A DNA stretch of 63,121 bases, the filler included, from Reclinomonas americana ATCC 50394 (Eukaryota), in assembly GCA_048213135.1 (NCBI GenBank). It is 6 parts of 4 records of this genome, joined end to end, with 100 filler letters (N's around TTAATTAATTAA, not from the genome) between each part and the next. Parts side by side here need not be neighbours in the genome. Positions count along the whole stretch, not along the records: positions 40,714 to 63,121 come from PS015861.1; 5 more parts are not named here. One strand, 5' to 3'. The notes beneath the pieces are model-generated. The model did not search any database. It was not told the origin of the DNA and was given only the letters and a program-made list of their open reading frames with translations. The translations under genes and the position numbers were made by a program. This document shows positions 55,101 through 63,121 of this stretch, piece by piece (position 1 is the first letter of the stretch; the number at the start of each line of letters is the position of its first letter).

Positions 55101-58100
55101 GCGCTTTGGGTCGGGTTCGCCCCACGCTCGACAATCGTCAACTGGAATGTCGCTGTTCCAGCCACGGTCGACTCGGACAGAGAGCTTGTCTGCATATATA
55201 CGTGGACGGGGGGGTCGTTAGCGAGGAACAATCTTGAAAAAAGAGAAGAGTAAGAACTACAAACCGCTGGGCTGCAACCCAAGGAGCAAGTGACATGGAA
55301 CTGGGTGTTGTCCAGCGTGGACATGAATTGATCAAAGACATCCGTAGCATTCACCTGTATCACTCGTGGCTGCTGCGGTGACGGATATTGTACGCCGCTG
55401 ATAGAGTCCATCGCTACAGAGTACAGCGCTGCAGAGAAGTAATGAGCTGCCAAAAGACGAGCACACATAATTATGCACGCTGACAACGCAACTGCTGCCG
55501 ACATCGTTCGCAATCGTGTTGCTGGCCAGGTTACCAGTGACGCTTAACTGCCGCTGTTGCATCCACGATGACCAGCCACCAGCCGTTGTGAACGACTGCG
55601 ATACAGCAGCCAGCGTGGACGGATTGCCACCACCGTTCCAAAACACCCCGCCACCGGCTCCTTCGCCCACCAAGTGGGGTTGACCCAGAGGCGCCACCGC
55701 TTGATTGCCAATAACTGACACACCATACAGGAGCACACCGACAGAGCCCACTGTCGACTGTGTAATGTTGACGGCCAGGCCACCGCCGCGTGCTCCACTC
55801 CAGTTGTCGGCAAACGTTGTTGAGACAAAGGAAGCCACTGTCGTGTCCGCCACCGATGCTCCACCACCATCACCATGCTCGGCCGCGTTGCTGACAAAGC
55901 GAGTGTTCGAACAGTTGAGCATGGCAGAGCCACCGGCAAAGAGGCCACCACCAACTGTTGTCGCTGTATTATTCATCAGCAGCGCGCCCGTGATATTCAC
56001 TTGTGGATTGTTGTCCGTGTACACACCACCTCCGCTCTCAGCTTGGTTTCCCTCCACGGTCACCGCAGTCATCGCCACTTGCGCAGTCTCCGCTGCCGAC
56101 ACTCCACCACCGCCTCCGCCACCATCGACTCGATTGGCGAGCAGGCGTGATCCCAGAAGCCTGGTGCGCGAGCTGCCAGCTGCATACAATGCGCCACCCC
56201 ACAATTGTGCCAGGCCAGCACTCAGTGTGCTGCCCGTATCCGTCCACATTCCCAGTCCTTGCGTAGTCACATGACCGCCGGAGGTGGCTGCTGTGTTGCT
56301 GAGGAACTGGGTGGTGGACGATGTGACATTGGCTGTTTGGGACACGTACATGGCGCCTCCGGCCAGGGTGGCATTGTTGGCCGCCACATAGCAGTTGGCG
56401 AGGCTGACCTGCGACACGCCATCGACGTACACGCCACCACCATCTGCTGTTGCCTGGTTGCTGCGGATTGACGTTCTCATCAGCGCGTGCTTGCTGCTCT
56501 GGTCAGTGAACATGCCACTTCCAAAGGGTGCAGAATTGCCGACGATGAAGGCATCCGACCAGGAAGACGAGGACTGCAGGTCGGCAAACATTCCACCACC
56601 GAAATTAAGCGCGTTGTTGTTCTGCACACTCGTACCACTCGACACGGCAAGCGTGGCGGTGGCAGTGAGATACACACCGCCACCGCTAAAGGCCTGATTG
56701 CCACCCACCACAGATTGCGATTGAATCTGCAAGAAAACCTGCTCGGCTCGCACAGCAAGTCCACCACCATACAGCGCCGTGTTGCTGGAGATACTGGTGT
56801 TGCTGATCGTGGCTGTGGTGGCCACCTCGCTGAGCACCACTCCACCACCGTATCCATTTGGCGCCGAATTGGCCGCGACGAAGGAGTCCATGATCTTGCA
56901 GCCCTGACCACTCATTGCCACGCCGCCACCACCCGTTTCCAGCGCACTGTTCCCCGAGACATGAGATGCGGAGAGCACCGATTGCGTTCCTACCAGCACA
57001 CCACCGCCAGTTACGTGTTCGCCAGACACAAAGTTTCCCGAGATGATACATCCAGTTGCTGAGCTTGATGCGTCGAGCAGCATTGCGCCACCTCCGTGGG
57101 AGCGACCGGAAATGACGAGTGGAACAGATGATTGTACGGAGTTGCCAGTCAGGTTTGACGACAAGGTGGCGGCGCCGTCGACGGCGAGCACCGCACCGCC
57201 ACCGCAGAATCCACCAGAAGGATAGAGCGCATTTCCAGCACCAGCGTCCCCCACGCGGTTGTTGACGAACTGAGAAGCACTGACGGTGGCAGCAGAGTTC
57301 ACGAGAAGCACGGCACCACCACCATTGTGGTTGCTGCCTTGCCCGTTGAGCGTGTTGCTGAGACCACCCACACCGTCACCGAGAGACTGGTTGCCGATAA
57401 ATGTGCATTTGGAAACGTTGAATGTGCCCTGAGAGAGAAGAAAAGAATGGCGGGTGAGTGTACTTGGTGGACGAGAATGTGAGCAACAGAACGGTGCAAC
57501 TGCTGATGTCGACGGTGCAACCAGCAGCGCCGCTCCACCACCATTGAATCCGCCAAAAGAGGCGCCAATTGTACTGTTGAAACCGCCCGCACCATTGTGC
57601 CACGATGTGTTGTTGAGAAACTGGGACTGGCTGACCGTCTGCAATGTTGAGGTGAGAGACTCAGGACTCTGCACAGGCGGATGCACTCGGTGACAGGCAG
57701 ACGGACCAAATCGGATGCAGAATTCGGGGTAGAGAAGACGAGCAGCGCGCCTCCGCCGGAGAATGTTGCAAGACTGCTTCCCGACGATGTATTTCCGCTG
57801 CCTCCGTTTCCTGTGTAAACGATGAGCAGGAGTGCAGGGTAATGATTTTCGTGCATAGCGAGAGTGAGGATCACCATTGCCGCCAGCGGAGTTGTTGAAA
57901 AAAGTGCAGCCGATAATCTATTTAAGCCCAAGATGCGACAAATGAGTGACACTCTGAGACACTTGGTGAAGATGACAAGCAGAACCTCGAGAGTGCCAGG
58001 AAGAGCGGCCAGGACGGCACCACCGCCACTGGCTGACCCGATGGCATCGCCTCGGTTGGCACTGCTGCCTCCAACAGCGTTCCTGGAGGCCACATTGGAG

Positions 58101-58638
58101 AGGAATGTACAGTTCCGTAGGACCGCCTGCTCAAGCGTGAGATCAGGATGTCAGGTAGCATGAGAATGAAGCCGATAACTTTGATCGAGTTGCTGGCAAG
58201 CGAGAGCAGAAGTGCGCCACCGCCGTTCTGCGAACTTGACGCATTGCTCACGATTGGACACTGGCCTCCGTTTCCATTGCCATTGCCCTCGTTGCTCTCG
58301 AAGCGACTACCCTCAATTATCTATTTGTGGGACCGTGTGAGAATCAAATATACAAAGATGACAACAACCACGTGGGTACGAACCAAGTTCGATGTCGATC
58401 CGGCGACAAACGATACCAGAATCGCTCCACCTCCATTCACGCTGCTCAAAGCGTTGGCCGAAGCTGTTTATGGCGACGCACGAGAATATTTGTGTGTTAG
58501 AATCCTACACCATGGGATCACAATGCCGCTGCCGTCGTGGCGGGGTGGGCGGCCTCACCCGCAAAGCTGGAGCCGCCATTCCCATTGTTATTTGCAGCAT
58601 TCGATGTGAAGGTACAGTTGCTGATTGTCAACGTCTGC

Positions 58639-58735
<97 letters not shown>

Positions 58736-61700
58736 GCAACAGCAACAACAAGTGAGGTGTCATAAACAACAACAAGACGCACACAAAATGTGAGTGTGAC
58801 ACGAAAACAAACAGTCTCTCAACTCTTGTGCAAACATGCAACCAACAACTGGAAAGCGGGAGAAAAAGAGAGAGAGAGAGAACACACCTGCGTCGTTGTA
58901 GAGGTACCGCCGAAGATCAGCATGACACCTCCACCATTCGCATAACCGCTGCTATCCGCACTCGTACCGCCTACAAGCAAAGAGCACACATCAACCAGGT
59001 CATCGTACGCGCAATCAACCTCACACACACAATCACTCTCATACACACATCTTAAACCAGAATTCTAGAACATAAGAACATGCACCACACACACACACAC
59101 CAAGTGTCAATACCACTCACCAGTAACAGAACCACCATGCCCATTGTAGTTTGCAGTATTCGATGTGAAGATGCAGTTGCTGATGGTCTGCAACAACAAC
59201 AACAACAAGAACAACAACGAAACAACACGAAGAAGACGCACACAAAGTCAGAGTGACACGAAAACAAACAATCTCTCAACTCTTTCCAAGCTTGTGCAAT
59301 GCATACAACCAACAATAGGAAAGAGAGAGAAAGAGAGAGAAGAAGAGAGAGAGAAAACACACCTGACTTATTGAGGCACCGGCGTTGATCAGCATGACAC
59401 CTCCACCATTCGCATAACCGTTGCTATCCGCACTCGTACCGCCTACAAGCAAAGAGCACACATCAACCAGGTCATCGTACGTGCAATCAACCTCACACAA
59501 GCATTCACTCTCATACACACATCTTAAACCAGAATTCTAGAACATAAGAACTTGCACCACACGCACACACACCAAGTGTCAATACCACTCACCATTTATT
59601 ACACCACCATTCCCATTGTTATTTGCAGAATTCGACGTGAAGGTGCAGTTGCTGATGGTCTGCAATAACAACAACAAGAACAACAACGAAACAACACGAA
59701 GAAGACGCACACAAAGTCAGAGTGAACACGAAAACAAACAATCTCTCAACTCTTTCCAAGCTTGTGCAAAGCATACAACCAACAATAGGAAAGAGAGAGA
59801 AAGAGAAGAAGAGAGAGGAAGAGAGAGAGAGAGAACACACCTGACTTGTAAAGGTACCGGCATCCATCAGCATGATACCTCCACCATTCGTGTTACTGCT
59901 GCTATCCGCACTCGTACCGGCTGCAAGCAAAAAACACACATCAACCAGGTCAACCGTACGTGCAATCAACCTCACACACACATTCACTCTCATACACACA
60001 TCTTAAACCAGAATTCTAGAACATAAGAACAACATGCACCACACACACACACACCAAGTGTCAATACCACTCACCAGTAACAGGACCACCATGCCCATTG
60101 TAGTTTGCAGTATTCGATGTGAAGATGCAGTTGCTGATGGTCTGCAACAACAACAACAACAACAAGAACAACAACGAAACAACACGAAGAAGACGCACAC
60201 AAAGTCAGAGTGACACGAAAAAACAAACAATCTCTCAACTCTTTCCAAGCTTGTGCAAACATAACTAACAATAGGAATGAGAGAGAGAAAGAGAGAGAAG
60301 AAGAGAGAGAGAGAACACACCTGACTTGTAGAGTTGCCGGCGTTGATCAGCATGACACCACCACCATTCGTGTTACTACTGCTATTCGCACTCATACCGG
60401 AGGCTACAAGCAAAGAGCACACATCAACCAAGTCATCGTACGTGCAATCAACCTCACACACACATTCACTCTCATACACACATCTTAAACCAGAAAATAA
60501 GAACAACATGCACCCACACCGAGGTAAATACCACTCACAAGTTACAGAACCACCATTCCCATTGTAGTTTGCAGTATTCGATGTGAAGATGCAATTGCTG
60601 ATGGTCTGCAACAACAACAACAACAACAGCAACAACACGAAGAAGACGCACACAAAGTCAGAGTGACACGAAAACAAACAATCTCTCAACTCTTTCCAAG
60701 CTTGTGCAAACATGCAACCAACAATAGGAAAGAGAGAGAAAGAGAAGAAGAGAGAGAGAACACACCTGCGTTGTTGTAGAGGTACCGCCAAAGATCAGCA
60801 TGACACCTCCACCATTGAAGAAACTGCTGCTATCCGCACTCGTACCGGCTGCAAGCAAAAAAACCACATATATCAGGTCATCGTACGTGCAATCAACCTC
60901 TCTCTCACACACACACATTCACTCTCATACACGCATCTAATACCGGAACATAAGAACAACATGCACCACATATACACACACCAAGTGTCAATACCACTCA
61001 CCAGTATTTTCACCACCATTCCCATTGTTGCTTGCAGTATTCGACGTGAACGTGCAGTTGCTGATGGTCTGCAACAACAACTACAACAAAAAAACAACAA
61101 CAACAACACGAAGAAGACGCACACAAAGTGAGAGCGACACGAAAAACAAACAATCTCTCAACTCTTTCCAAGCTTGTGCAAACATACAACCAACAATAGG
61201 AAAGAGAGAGAGAGAGAACACACCTGACTTGTATCGGTATCGGCGTTGATCAGCATGACACCTCCACCATTCGCATAACCGCTGCTATCCGCACTCGTAC
61301 CGCCTACAAGCAAAGAGCACACATCAACCAGGTCATCGTACGTGCAATCAACCTCACACACACATTCACTCTCATACACACATCTTAAACCAGAACATAA
61401 GAACAACATGCACCACACACACACACCAAGTGTAAATACCACTCACCATTTATTACGCCACCATTCCCATTGTAGTTTGCAGTATTCGATGTAAAGGTGC
61501 AGTTGCTGATGATCTGCAACAACAACAATAACAACAACAACAACGAAACAACACGGAGAAGACGTATACAAATCAGAGTGACACGAAAACAAAGAGTCTC
61601 TCAACTCTTTCCAAGCTTGTACAAACATACAACCAACAATAGGAAAGAGAGAGAGAGAAAGAGAGAGAGAGAGAAAACACACCTGACTTGTAGAGGTACC

Positions 61701-62849
61701 GGCGTCGATCAGCATGACACCTCCACCATTCGTGTTACTGCTGCTATCCGCACTCGCACCGTAATCTGCAAGCAAAAAGCACACATCAACCAGGTCAACC
61801 GTACGTGCAAGCAACCTCACACACACTTATACTCACAAACACATATCTTGAAACGCAACATAATAAAAACATGCAACCACCATTCCCATTGTAGCTTGCA
61901 GTATTCGATGTGAAGGTGCAGTTGCTGATGGTCTGTAACAACAAGAACAACAAGAACAGCAACAGAAACAACAACAACAACAACAATAAAACAACACGGA
62001 GAAGACGCACACAAAGTGAGAGCTACACGAAAATAAACAATCTCTCAACTTATTCCAAGATTGTACAAACGGAAAACGAAACAATCAGAAGAGAAAAGAG
62101 AGAGAGAGAGCACACCTGGCTTGCAGAGGTACCGGCGTAGATCAGCATGACACCACCACCATTTGTGTTACCGCTGCTATCTGCAGTCAAAAAACCGTCT
62201 TGAACACCTGCACAGCACACGTCAACCAGGTCAACCGCACGCGCCATCAACGTCACGCACACACATATACTCTCATACACATTTCTTAAACCGCAACACA
62301 AGAACAACACGCACCACACATAACGCCAAGAGTCAAACATACCACTCACCAGTTACAGAACCACCATTCCCATTGTTGCTTGCAGTATTCGATGTGAAGG
62401 TGCTGTTGCTGATGGTCTGGGTGAACTATAAGAGTATTCTATTGACAATATTGCACCGATAACAATGAGGCATTCTCGAAACTACACACAGACCTGAATG
62501 TAAGCAGTGATCAATAAGGCGCCGCCTCCGGCGACGTTGGCAGAATTTGACGAGTCGGAAGAAACGGAGTTCCCCTTGCCTCCGTTTGAGTTTTGATCAG
62601 CTTGGTTGAACACGAAAGATGATCCACTGATCTGCCAAAGACAAGCACCGTTGCTAGGCATCAAACGACGCTCAACATGCCATCACAACCCGCACTCACT
62701 GTCTGCGTGGCTATACCAGCTCCTGCAAAGTACGACCAAATCGCCCCTCCACCGACAAGTGAGCCAACGGCATCTCCAGATTGCTGATTGTTGTTCCCAC
62801 CGTTTGCATTCGCCGACGCCGTGTTGTTGAGGAGAAGACTGTTCGTGAT
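52153..62849 (-). CDS. Large receptor-like protein: PMP/pectin-lyase-like right-handed beta-helix ectodomain (GGA/FxxN repeats), Cys-rich GCC2/GCC3-like region, multi-pass C-terminal TM domain; 5' end lies beyond the window
   Basis: Repeated F.SN.A..GGG[AV] units (e.g. ISSNTALYGGGLAV, FVSNAAEHGDGGGASV). Cys-rich ACPAGYSYTDIGCQQCPPGEYAL...CVPCPVNADCLGG and CSEETNRASDSPLCGACKEGYS. Membrane region with FFTCTEVG..LVLFSPSIVCY and RRFGVLYDHFRPPVVWYQGYQLCRRL. Stop at 52153-52155. Confidence 0.85.
58559..62416 (-). repeat. Tandem array of eight ~450-480-bp exonA-intron-exonB-intron cassettes plus a ninth A exon
   Basis: A exons (TISNCTFTSNTANYNGNGG.., phase 0 to 1) and B exons (.GTSADSSG..NGGGVMLI.AGTSTSQ, phase 1 to 0) recur with homologous introns. 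All retain AG/GT ends and open frames. Confidence 0.92.
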
Positions 62850-63121
62850 CTGTGAGAGGGAAAGGGGAAAGGGGGATATGGGGGAAGTGAGGGGAAAGAG
62901 TGGGAGAAGAGTGGGAAGGGAGGAGGGAGGGGGAGAGGAGGGAGGGGGAGGGGAGGGAGAAGGGAGGGGGAAGGGAGGGAGAAGGGAGGGAGAAGGGAGG
63001 GAGAAGGTAAAGGGAGAAGATCAACGGAGAGAGCAAGGGGAAAGAGCAAGGGGAAGAGCAAGGGGAAGGGAGGGAAGACGAAGGGGGACGATAAGCGGGA
63101 AGAGAAGGGGGAAGAGAAGGG

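Noticed and set aside
58392..58841. Poly-Q/poly-N/poly-L/poly-V ORFs
   Set aside because: Translations of an intronic (AAC)n microsatellite.

Overview
Draft-assembly window (N-gaps, synthetic TTAATTAATTAA spacers, pyrosequencing-type TACG noise at gap edges) from a GC-rich, microsatellite-rich, very intron-dense eukaryote. It is probably a flagellated protist, since it encodes a CCDC153/DRC12-like protein. The ORF track is mostly uninformative because genes are split into many short exons, so I rebuilt spliced models by hand from GT/GC-AG sites and reading-frame continuity. About 13 genes: a lectin/EGF surface protein, CCDC153, NOP16, two head-to-head HPP-family transporters, an unknown minus-strand gene, a UFD1-like protein, an ARM-like protein, a small basic protein, a UBC4/5-type E2 with 6- and 11-nt microexons, a giant NHL/IPT/cadherin type-I membrane protein, a large protein with a degenerate Rab-like GTPase domain, and a PMP-like beta-helix + multi-TM receptor. 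Most notable observations: (1) about a quarter of the introns I could place use a 5' splice site whose consensus is displaced by one base (N|GTTGCGT instead of G|GTGCGT); (2) an array of eight duplicated, phase-compatible exon-pair cassettes building the receptor beta-helix; (3) seven phase-0 mini-exons each encoding one RRxS-hydrophobic (PKA-type) site; (4) a cadherin coding fragment captured in an intronic satellite; (5) a modular TIR (MITE-like) element family sitting upstream of genes. No tRNA, rRNA or CRISPR array is supported. All gene models are manual and lack transcript evidence.
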